From Penicillus capitatus (lineage: Eukaryota; Plantae; Chlorophyta), in contig OZ287696.1 of assembly GCA_965649825.1 (NCBI GenBank), positions 1,584,081 through 1,648,080 of the forward strand: a stretch of 64,000 nucleotides of DNA, written 5' to 3'. The notes beneath the pieces were generated by a model. It was given only the letters and a program-made list of their open reading frames with translations, had not been told where the DNA came from and made no database searches. The position numbers were made by a program, and so were the translations under genes. Of this stretch, positions 50,611 to 61,076 are shown piece after piece. How positions within the stretch are numbered: position 1 is the stretch's first letter; every line of letters begins with the position of its first letter.

Positions 50611-51216
50611 GAGTGCGCATAGGAGCGTCCATCCCAGAACACCTATTCCTATACCAAGGATGGAGGAGAGCGTCCGGGATGACATGACGCCGTCGGCCTG
50701 ATTGTCTGTCTTGTCTCCAACGCCAAGCGGGTCTGTGACAATCGTTTTAACGAACTCCCACGCGTGCCCCATCGTCCTCGCACAAATTCCACCGGTGAGT
50801 TTTAAACAGCACCAGAGGGTGCCACATCCCTCGACCACAAAAATTTCTTCGTTTCGATCGGCTTCGGGCCAAGAGCCTGTCATCCATTGCCACCATGATC
50901 GACTGTTCTTCTTATCAGAGCTCTTCATTGTCTCTTGCTGCATTTGATGAAGTTGTCTTTACAATTCGTCAATCTGCTCTTCATATCGTTTGTTCTTTTC
51001 GGAGAGTCTAGTTATTTCGCTTCGCAGGTTCTTGTTGTCACGCAACACATCCGTGACCGGAACTCCTGACTCCTCGAACCGCTTCTGCACGTCTTGGTCT
51101 TCGTCAGGGTTTTCTTTCTGCGTAACCGCCGCTTCCGCAGGTAACAATGCCAAGCAGAAAAGTAGCAGCGTCACGCCCATATTTCGCATCCGAGTGTAGC
51201 TTTGCTCCGAAACCAT
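50332..51216 (-). pseudogene. Retroelement-borne ORF: signal peptide, coiled coil, Cys cluster, TM helix; one in-frame TAA; fused to gypsy Gag-PR tail
   Basis: ORFs 50959-51351 and 50332-50943 are in the same frame, separated only by TAA (EEQIDEL*RQLHQMQQE). The ATG overlaps PBS TGGTTTCGGAGC (51204-51215). Confidence 0.65.
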
Positions 51217-51423
51217 GTCAGAATTCGCGATGAAATAACCTCGAGAAGGAAAGTTTCTTAAAAGGCAAAATGTACAAACAAACAGTTTCATGATCCTTTT
51301 CAGAGTAGTTGTCACGTCAATTCGTGGACCATCGAACCCATTTTCCGACAAGTACAGCAGACAGTTTTCGCGTTAAGTACCCCCGGATTAGACACGTCAT
51401 GTCATTACGCGAGTCTCTTGTCA
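51216..51423 (-). mobile_element. Probable 5' LTR (~208 bp) preceding the PBS; does not match the 47106-47332 LTR
   Basis: TGACA..TGACA ends, immediately followed by the PBS. Shares only AAAAGGA and TAAGAAACTTT motifs with the other LTR. The outer boundary is inferred. Confidence 0.5.
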
Positions 51424-54400
51424 CGCGTTTTTCCAGTGATCCTCCGCTGGCGTGTCGCCACATGGACGGTTGCCGCAACGGCAGCGTCTTCTCGCCAGGA
51501 GACCCGAGGCAATGGCGGGCGCACCGTCACACTCTCCTGGCTGTTTTTTTCTGCTTCTGGGCAGCAGACAGACGCTCGACTTTCTTTTTAGAGACGATGA
51601 TGTAGCTGTGAGTTTATGTGGCTCCGTTTCGTGGTGGCTTCTCTTGGGTTTTGACAATTGCAGTTTGCTTTCTCCCTACACATTTTCATTTATTCGTGAT
51701 TGATCTCCTCTTTGTTGCACATTCGTCCCCGATAAAATTTAATCGCGGGTAAACTCTGTTGTTGCCCATAAACGATATCGTATTTGACACGCTCCAAACG
51801 CTCAATCTTGGCTGGAGACTTCCCGTTTGCCTTCAACTTTTCGACTTAACCCTTCACATTTATAGCAAGTCGCTCAACCTGTCCATTGGTGTATACTGTG
51901 TGCTAGTAAGTAATGAATGTCTCTGTGTGCTAGTGTAAAAATGGAAAAATTTAGAAGTGGGCATTATCAGTATTACCGATTTTCTTGTAATCGTTCGACT
52001 TTGGCGATGGACAGCGCGTTCTTAATGGCGTTACAACACCAGTGAGTAATGAAGGTCGCGTGATCTGTCGATGAACACACAAAAAAAGAAACTGACCATG
52101 TGTTCTTAACAAGTCATAATCGACCTTATCGAAACACCTATAGACAGCCTCCTTCCCTTCAAAGGTTGCTCTCTCTATTGTTCATCCTACCTGTCGAGAA
52201 TGTCTTCGATCACCTTCCATAGCGAAGTTAGGATGGTTCCTTTGCTTTCGAATCCATTTCGACTGCCATTATAATGCTTCTCACATTCCATGTGTGATCT
52301 TTTCTTCCTGATGGGACGTGGTTCGGATTTTTCTGACCACGGTTTTTGGCCGGCTCGGGCTTACACTGTATCCTTCCGGTTCGTGGGTTACCCGCAAGCG
52401 GTAAGCGGTCTCCGACGTCGCAGCTGGTGGACGACGGTAAGAATGAAGTCGCGCGGGGATGTTCGTTCGTGCGGGCGGAGCTGGTGGTCGGCGAAGCAAG
52501 AAGAGGAGAGAAGGTGACGGCGAGCCTGGGCCGTCAATGAGTCAGTGAAGAAAGATCCCCCTAAGGCTGGGACAAGTTCTTTCTCCCGCTGCGGGAGGTA
52601 AAAAATCGCAGCCGCCATTAAGAAGCCGCTAACACTGAACCGGATACATGACTTCAAGACGAATGCACCAGCACAGAACCAAGAAGGCTTAGACAAATTC
52701 GGACCGAGTCGAAACGAATTCACCGATTCACGGGAGCCGACGAAGGAAGAACCACACCGAGTCTTAGAGACGCGATTAATTTCACCTTGAACTACAACCG
52801 AAGGGGCTACTCGCAAGAGCTGCCCGCCCTTCTTACGAAGACTCATGTTAGTCCACATAGCGTTTCCGCCGACTAGGAATTTATCTGGGCAGGCCCTAAC
52901 GGAGTTAATTCGGCCGTCGTCCTGGGAACCACCCAGACGCTATGATATGGTCAGCTCTTTGCCGACAAGGGCATTAACCTATGGGGACACCACGTAAACG
53001 CGGCTTGCCGAGAACCGTATGGTTACGCAGGTCCCATAGGAGAATCCTACCATAGGGGACTCCCACTGAGTGCACTTTACACTTGCTTTCACAACCAATC
53101 CGTTTAGTAAACCTCCTGAGAATTGCTGTTATGTGCTCAGCATGCCAATGTTTTTCCGCCTTGCGAACGTTACCTTGGCTTTCCTTCCAGTGAGACTTTT
53201 CACTCCAGCCTTATCCTGTTCAGCCAGTTTGACTGAGAACAACTTATCCTTGTACCACAGCCCTAATGCCTCTGGCCTGGGCTTTAAGCATTCATATACA
53301 CACATTCCACGTGTTTCGCAGGACGGTGGAATATTAGCTTTTCTAAGCATTTATTGGAAAAAGAATTCTATTTTTGAATAGGTTCTGCTCTTAGAGCATG
53401 TGCCCATGGGGGTTAATTATGAGCTACAACGACAAAATCTGTGATGTCTCATAAAAATGCAAAAGATAAAAGGCAACTAAAGCAAACTCCAGAAGTGAGC
53501 CGCTCTGGCAGTTCAGAGGGACTAGAAAACCAAGATTATGAACAGAACGAGCCACCTTACAAACCTTAGCTAAAATGCCTTCCCAGTATGATACTAAGCT
53601 CTTTACCAGAAGGAACTTATCAAGTAAAATCTCACGAAGACCGCAACACACCAAGAAGTGGTCTCTTGTCTTATGTCGCCGAGGATCTTTTCATAAACAA
53701 GAACAAAGCAGGCAGGTAGAGGCCAATACCGTCTTAGGTAAACTCTGGATCGCACATGGCCAGTTTGAAACCATGCGATGCCTGTTATTTGTGGTTTCGA
53801 TGAGTTTTGAGAACCACTTATTCTCATGCCATTTAAGCGGACAGAACCTTGTGTCTCGTAGTTTGTTCCGGTCCTTTTCGGTCCACCTCAGCTATTGTTC
53901 TCGACTATTCATGTCGTCTCCAAGACATATCCCAATAAGTCTGAAGTCACCCTTGTTTCTATCCGGCTCTTGATGATCTGTGGTTGCCACACTTCCAATT
54001 GGGACCAGTCAGAAAACTCTTTCCGAGTTTTTTCAATCTCGGTTTAGGACTTTTGTGAATAGGACAGTTGTGCAAGACCGAATATTCTGCGTGCCGTTTG
54101 AAGATGATATCAAGTTCTGGATTCGTCGTAAGTACTTTTTAGAATTTCTGATGTCTCCCATCGCATTTGATGCAGCTGTTGAGGTAGCTCCAAGTCTTCC
54201 GAAAGTTCTTGTAGGGAGGGTCGCAGTGGCTCGCTCAATTTTCGTAATCGGATTGTCAGCTTCTAACTCGCCGGATCGGGGCTTGTTACTCGCGTGAAAA
54301 GTCGTGTCAGAGTTGACTCATCCTGTCACGTCATCGCTTGGCGAAATGGCTTGCCGGCAGGGAGTCCTCCGTGCACGAGGGATATGTAACCGAGCCTCGC

Positions 54401-54681
54401 TTCCCCATAGTTTCTTCGCCGGATTGGTCACGGTTGTAAAACACGTTTCTCGAGTGAAGTTCATTCGAAGCACTTTCAGGGCTGCTATCGATGTCTTCTT
54501 CCGGCATCCCTTCACGCTGTGCATCAAGCCCGCAGTAATCCGGACATGGCATCTTCGGTTTTAAGCTCAGATAGCAATAATAGTGTCTCCGTCATCTTAG
54601 ACCGTTTCTCTAATACGGTTTCAGCATTTCTCGAGGATGATCCCTGGGATCATACCAAAAAAGAATCTGTAATGGAGAAAA

Positions 54682-55375
54682 TGCAGATCATGCGCCAATT
54701 GAACAACGCATCGGTGCTGAAGAGAATGATTGGGTTGACCTTGCTGAAGACATCGATGGCATGCGTTGCTGCACAGAGAGTGGTAGATGGAGTGGATATT
54801 CGATTTGCTCGGACGCCTTGTCCCATTCCCGAACTGCTCAAGGCCCTTTTGCTGTCGTGGATCTTGATGCCGCTGAGACTCCTGGCAAACCATCTCGTTC
54901 ATCGGTCCGACAGGGACCGAAAAGGGAAATCCATGACTGACGACGGTGTCTGTGTGTCGACAGGCCTATCAGGGCAGGACTGGGCGTCAAGGGCGTGATC
55001 ATATCCGGGGGCGGATCGCTGATGAGCCATCTCGATCTGTTCTTCGAAGCCATCGATCTGACCGTCCTGAACGGATGGGGCTTGACAGAGACATCTCCCG
55101 TTCTCTGCTGCCGTCGCTCGGACGCACATCAAAACGTGCGAGGAACGGTGGGATACCCGATTCCGGATACGGAGATCAGAATCGTGGATCCGGATTCGAC
55201 CAGAGACGTTCCCGATGACACGCCTGGAACAACAATCCCAGCTTCGTCAGTCACGCGAACATTTCTGCCATTCGGGTGCTGGATCGTCCCTAGCATCGAT
55301 GGCGGTCCCCTGACAAGAACGATGAAGATACAAAAAACAGCCAAGCGCGGAGACATTCAGAAAAGATAGTGCTAA
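54682..55375 (+). pseudogene. Third LACS fragment (3' part) with the same internal deletion
   Basis: Matches 32173-32718, carries the CCTGGA deletion junction, and has a diverged 3' end. Confidence 0.9.
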
Positions 55376-55753
55376 CCGTCTGCCGGGAAAGGCCGGATGC
55401 CTTGCTTCTATGAGTTTGCATCCTTCCGCTTCAAATCCTACGCCGCATCGGGGTGGGTATGTATCGCCTGTAGACCCAAAGAATGATCATGTAAAGTGCC
55501 GGAGTGTTATTTGCCGCCTTTCTGTGCGATGTGTGATAAAGTCTGCCTTATCCCTTCGACGGAAGTGGAGGTGGCAGTTGATTAAAACGCACAAACACAG
55601 CATTCTTTCGTTCTACAGTGTGTCGATGTTTGCACAGTCAACTTGCCAGCCACCCATCAAAATCCAAGAAAAGAAACGCAATAGACATGTCCAGATTCAG
55701 TTGCTGGTGGGTGTCCTGAAATAAGGATCCCAAAGTGATAAATACGTAAAACT

Positions 55754-56290
55754 TCAGTTCGGCTTTATTCCCACGAGAGCAGGTCGAGTAGTCATCATCG
55801 GAATGCTAGTCGCCATCGGCGGTCCGTTGCTCACAGGAATACCACCAGTCACTCCTGTTGACATAGGAGGCGCTTGTTTGGTAAGAGGGATGCCGGTCAC
55901 TCTTGCTGACACTTGCGGCGCTTCTCCTTCATGGCAGTGACCAAAGCAACAACACGAGGCGAAACTCGTAATGAGAAGGGCCCACCCAGCAAGCCAGAAG
56001 AGTGCAGCGAAAATAGCAGCAGCTCCTTTCAGCTGTTCTTCTCTCTCTTCACAGTAGCCGTTTTCGACTCTGGACCAAGGGTTTTCGCAGTAGCATCTGT
56101 GGTCTCCGCATAAGTCGGCGTCAACTCGGCAGCATTCAAAGGAACCGCATTCACAGTCGACATGTTCCTTCTGACCGATAACCCATGTAATACACATCAG
56201 ACCATACATCACCGCCGTAGCGGCGGACAGCAAAATAGAAATTTTTGGAACGGCGCAGCAGCGACAACACTTTTGGCAAAAGTCGTCCAT
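55754..56290 (-). CDS. Cys-rich two-TM protein, paralog D
   Basis: Same architecture; N-terminal half nearly identical to paralog C. Confidence 0.8.
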   Translation of the reverse strand: MDDFCQKCCRCCAVPKISILLSAATAVMYGLMCITWVIGQKEHVDCECGSFECCRVDADLCGDHRCYCENPWSRVENGYCEEREEQLKGAAAIFAALFWLAGWALLITSFASCCCFGHCHEGEAPQVSARVTGIPLTKQAPPMSTGVTGGIPVSNGPPMATSIPMMTTRPALVGIKPN

Positions 56291-58810
56291 TGTAACGCGA
56301 ACGAACAGAATAGTCCTCTTTTTCCTTCGACCACTTGATAGTAGACTTGCGGATAAATCGCAGTCAGTCCTGAGGTGACGTGGTTTGTCGACTTCTTAGT
56401 AGCTACAGCTATAAACGATTCGACAGATGGAAGAAATTCGGCTGAAACTTGAAACAGCGCAGTGGCAGCGATCACGTTGTTTTCTCAAAAGAAGATGCAG
56501 ACGGTCGACCTTGTGACTCGATGTTGACGGGGATGGAATCTCGCGTGCAATTCGTGCGTCTATCGTACGGTGCGTACGTGCTGAATCACAAGAACTGTTT
56601 TATCAAGTGTGAAGGTCATTGCTGAAACACACTTAGACGAAGCGACTCGGATTCGATCATCGGCGACAGCTCTATCCCACCCCGCCGTTCATGCTCTCCT
56701 GGAAAAACGGACCCGTAGTCCAGCGCCTCGTCGACTTCTGATTGTTGGACGGGAATGGACAGCCGTGTATGTGATGGATGGCTTGAAAGTGTGAGAGTCG
56801 GGAATGGCCGCAATGGGATTCTGTCTCTCTCTTCCGAGTTCCGGGTTCTCGACTAGGGGAATTGAATCTTTGGCTTAGGACTTGACTTCTGCGCCGTCGG
56901 ATGCGTCTTGTTTCTTCAGACACCTAAAGTCATAGCAGAGTGGGAACCGAGAAAAGGAAGAGTGCATGCGCCGATCACAGAAAAAGGCAAGTGCCTGAGC
57001 AGAGAAACCCCTTTGTCTTATGGATCTTCTCTTGCAGGCAGCGTGGTCTATGTATCCATAGCATCGTTTCCTGCAGACCGTATGTATCCTTGATCACCAC
57101 CACCATCTTCTTTCTAGCAACGATAGTTGTTGCCTTTCGATGCAACCTTCGCCAGAACTGTCAATCGCAGTTTCTTTTTGGGACCGACATTGACAATGAC
57201 CAAAAGATTCCGATCAAGGGCGGATTGCTGCTTAAAGAGTGTGTGAGATTTTCGGACTGGTACGGTATTTGCATGCCCGTTCGCGTCAGCTTGCCCTCGT
57301 GCATTTCATCTTTGGGAGCGCATCGTTACGACAGTGGAGCAATGCAGCCAACGACAGAAACCTCTGAGACGGAATCGAAAACAGTAGAGCAATCGTGAAC
57401 AAGGGCACAGTCGACGACGAATGACAAGGAATGTTCAACACTCGATCGAGTACTGGCCAAAAGAGACGTGTTATCGAGAAGAGTGGACCGAAGATACACA
57501 CCACTAACAAAAAACGCAGCGACAACTCAGAAATCGTTCTTCTCGAAGAAAGGCAGAATAGGTAAGCATGCAGTTATGAAATCATAGTGTTCCATTGCGA
57601 TATCATTATAAGTTCCCCATCTCACAAAACCCATCAGCTGAAGCACATTGTCAAGATTACTGGAACTGTCGAGTCCGTTGCTTGGCGGATTGTGTTTCGG
57701 TCTATCCAGTATCGAACAGTAAAACAGCTGCGATTGATCAAAGCAGAATGTCCGAAATTGCCCAACGAATAAACAATAGAAAGGAAGCAACAGGGGGCAG
57801 AGAAACATGAGAGCATTCAGTCCAAAATCAGACCATAGGAGAACAGACATTGCTGCGGCCTTCAGTTTCTTGAACGCTGACAGGCAACCATTGTGTGTTT
57901 GATGAATGATTTCGATCCACGTAGAAATCTTCGTCCAGCAGAGACATTCGCCTCTTTCGCGATTGATAGAGTCCTTTAGGTAGGAACGCCGAGGACATTG
58001 GAATCGTGACGTTCTTGTTTTCGCGGCTTGACGTTCGATGGCCACGGCGATTCAGAATATCACATAGCAAGAGACAGACAGACATCGGAGCCGATGCAGC
58101 ACGCTACGAAGCGAACGTCAGTCATCGTGCAAAGACGTTCCGAGTCCGTCTAAATGCTTTTCATTTTCGGTGTCAAAGGGAAAAGAAAGCGCCTGCGGAT
58201 GTCAACGATTGGCAAGATGTGACGCCTGTTTGCATTTTTCATGTTTGGGAGGCGACGAAGAAAGATACTTCGTTTCAGTTTGGAACACTTTAGACGACGA
58301 CGGGACAAAAAACGCGAAGCTCGGTTTAAGTAAGTGAACTGCTTGATATGCCTTCCTCGCCTGCAATTCGGAAGATCGTAGAGGTATATCACCTGGTAGC
58401 TGTGGCGATTTTCGGTAAGCATTGACCGTGTTTTGTTTGCGCTTTCTCTGACTGTCGGCATGAGGAGAATCATCACTTCTCAGGCCGCTCTTTCTAGAAT
58501 AGTAACAGAAGTGGCATCGTACTTGCGCGCTTTGTACATGAAACACCATTCTCAATAAAGGGATCTTAGGTGATGAGCATTACCAAAATTCAATCGTTCC
58601 CGGTCAATGACAATATTCGGTTGTCTTTCTAAACATCGAAATCGTTTGGCGACGAAATATCAACTCCCATAAAAACCGTATTGTTGATATAAGCGAAATA
58701 AACAGAAATGTGTTTTGCGCAGATACGGACATCAACTACGAACGTCTATGCGAGAATGTCAATGTGTTCCTCCTAATAACGTACGGCATTTAGGATCTTT
58801 CAGCGAAATT

Positions 58811-59242
58811 TCATGCAGTCTGCACACCGCGAAAGACTGGAATGCCTGTGCCATACCGTCCGAGTCGTCCCAGTACTCCGTTCTCTTTCGCGAACTGCCC
58901 AAAGCAGCAGCATGATGCAAAACTCACCACAGCCAACGCCAGCGTGGCGATCAATAAGATCACCGAGAGAACTCTGTACACTCCTGACAGTCTTTTTTTC
59001 TTATCGGCGCAGTAACCATCGTCCTCTTCTTCCATCAGATTTTCGCACTTGCACATGTCTTCTCCACAGCTGTCGTCTTCTTTACAACATACGATGCCTT
59101 CGCAGACACATCGGTATTTCTTCGTTCCGGTAAAGTTAACGACGAGGAGAGCCGTAAGTGCCGCGGCTGTCAGAATCGTAAAAAAGATGGAGAGAATCGG
59201 AACGGCACAGAATTGGCAACAGTCATTGGAACGGTATTTCAT
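58811..59242 (-). CDS. Cys-rich two-TM protein, paralog E (older)
   Basis: DCCQFCAVPILSI..CVCEGIVCCKEDDSCGEDMCKC..GYC..SFASCCCFG. TATATAAA ~70 bp upstream (59312-59319). Confidence 0.75.
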   Translation of the reverse strand: MKYRSNDCCQFCAVPILSIFFTILTAAALTALLVVNFTGTKKYRCVCEGIVCCKEDDSCGEDMCKCENLMEEEDDGYCADKKKRLSGVYRVLSVILLIATLALAVVSFASCCCFGQFAKENGVLGRLGRYGTGIPVFRGVQTA

Positions 59243-59859
59243 CGTGCACAGAAAGGAAAGAAGTAATCGTCTTCGCGTCGGAGATGTTGTGCAGCAAGGT
59301 GTTTGGTGCTGCTTTATATACTGCTAACTACAGCGATGAAAGACGGCGCACTTTCTAGATGGATGCGTGACACGTCACGTCGACCATACAGAGCCATCCC
59401 GCCACGGAAACAATGACCATTGACACGAAGCTAGTCCAGCGAAGACAATGTGCTGTCGCGCTTTAAAACATTCTTTTCGGATGTATTGACGCTCTCAGTC
59501 TTTGTTTGTGGTGTGAGCTCCATGCTGTCGGATTCTGTTTACGTTATCGAGTTCGTGTGAAGTGTCCGAATCGTTCGGATGCTAGAAGGCAGTGTCGAAG
59601 CCACGAAAGAAGACAATGCTTTTCCACTAAGACAGAACCATGAACACAAGACAGTTAAAATGTTCCCGCCATGTAAAGTATATCACGGGGCAGAACGACA
59701 TCATACATCGCAGAATTCTACAGTGAGGAAGATATTCATCTATGGCTGTTCAGACTGTTTTGGTCGAGTTCTTCATGTTTGCTAGATGTTCAGCTTTTGT
59801 TCTCGGATTTCAGCAATCGGCCATCGAATTACTCTTGGTCTTCATCGAGTGTACAGAAG

Positions 59860-60249
59860 CTAACAACATAAACAACAGCAGCAGGAGACAAGGCTGCTCA
59901 GCAGCAGAATAAGCGTCACAACGCCAGCGATGATGTAAACAGTTTCTGCTGTGGTTGCCAGTTTTTCGCCTGCTTCTACGCAGAAACCGCTTTTCTTGCT
60001 GATGTCTTCGTCCTCTGGAAGGATCTGGAACCAGCAGTGGCATTCGTCGTTTTTGCACTTAGTATTCTCTATTTCGCATTGCAAGAAGAGAACGTTTGTG
60101 TCTTCTGTATCGCAATGTCTTGTTTTTGGGCCGGCAAAAAGGACAGCAAGGGTAATCCCCAATGCGAAAAGAGTTAATGCCACGAGAGCGATTGTCGTCT
60201 GGCGAGGATTGCAGCACTTGTAGTTCTCCTCTCGACTATCATCCGTCAT
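59860..60249 (-). CDS. Cys-rich two-TM protein, paralog F (most diverged, 6-Cys loop)
   Basis: KCCNP, TM1, C..C..C..CHC..GFC, TM2, SCCCCLCC. Confidence 0.6.
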   Translation of the reverse strand: MTDDSREENYKCCNPRQTTIALVALTLFALGITLAVLFAGPKTRHCDTEDTNVLFLQCEIENTKCKNDECHCWFQILPEDEDISKKSGFCVEAGEKLATTAETVYIIAGVVTLILLLSSLVSCCCCLCC

Positions 60250-61076
60250 CGCAAAGCACCAGGTATAAATGCACAGACGTATTGCGCCTGGATATCAGAA
60301 TATGTACCTTGGCCGCCCAAGAAGAAAAAATGAGTCATGCGACCGGTAACGAACACCGTCGCCGTTGCGCCACGCATTTGCCTCGTTTCCAATGAACATT
60401 ATCTGGCAGAGCCGAGAAAACCCCGCTCTAGAAAATCAGGATTCATCATGGGACAAGTATCAAGACACCGACAAGACGAATACGCTTCGTCAGGGATGAC
60501 AAAAGGTCAGTGGTGCCGTTCCTCGCCACGTTGTTCAATGGGATCTAACTTTTTTCCAGCGAGACACACGGCAGCTAGACGGTGGGTTACCTATCCCACA
60601 ATCTCCAATTCCGAAGCCAGACTTCATTTGTATGCTCGCAAAGATGTCAGTCGGCAAAGGCAAGTCTAGATCTTTGTTCTCGTCGTGTCTTGCTGTTCTT
60701 GTTGTAATTGGCCAGTATCATGTCACACAGATCACGATGACGCTCTCCTTAGCGTGATATCCATAAGAGGAGTGACGGATCTGATGAGAACTCTTAAACA
60801 TGTTTGTGCTTTTCACTTGTTCACTGGCTCACTCGTGGATTCACTTATCGATCGCGCCAATGCCGCCCCATCATCCCTTAGGGGATAAACCGACGATCAC
60901 AATCTTCCCATTCTTACCCCATTGCAACGAGCTGATGCGTGCGTATCGACTTGATTCTGTTGTCAGCCAATCGCTGTGAAAAAGTTGCCTAGATAAATAC
61001 AGGCGTGTGTACAAGAGGTAAACATTTAGACAGCGTCTCCTTTTTTGGTTACACTTAAAGGTATTGAGATCTCTCT

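Larger units (their letters stand above)
31815..57225. repeat. Tandem segmental duplication: four copies of a ~3.4-kb unit (3' LACS + convergent Cys-rich 2-TM gene), interrupted by retroelements
   Basis: Near-identical blocks 33370-35204, 37991-39635, 45675-47105 and 55376-57225. Junctions at CGGAT (31815, 35200, 39631, 57221). Confidence 0.92.

Noticed and set aside
50959-50961. In-frame TAA read as Gln, suggesting the ulvophycean alternative genetic code
   Set aside because: Host genes here end at TAA/TAG (LACS, NAA25, GPD2) and long exons have no internal TAA/TAG. A C-to-T nonsense mutation is simpler.
52530-52556. Hammerhead-like ATGAGTC...GAAA
   Set aside because: Core reads TCAATGA rather than CTGANGA, and stems I and III are absent.
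57226-58720. Possible extra gene or seventh Cys-rich paralog (CGC..C..C..C at ~58185-58245, + strand)
   Set aside because: Cys spacing does not match the family, there are no in-frame TM helices, and no consistent exon chain could be built; left unresolved.
60337-60669. 110-aa + strand ORF
   Set aside because: No motif or compositional support; lies in the upstream region of paralog F.
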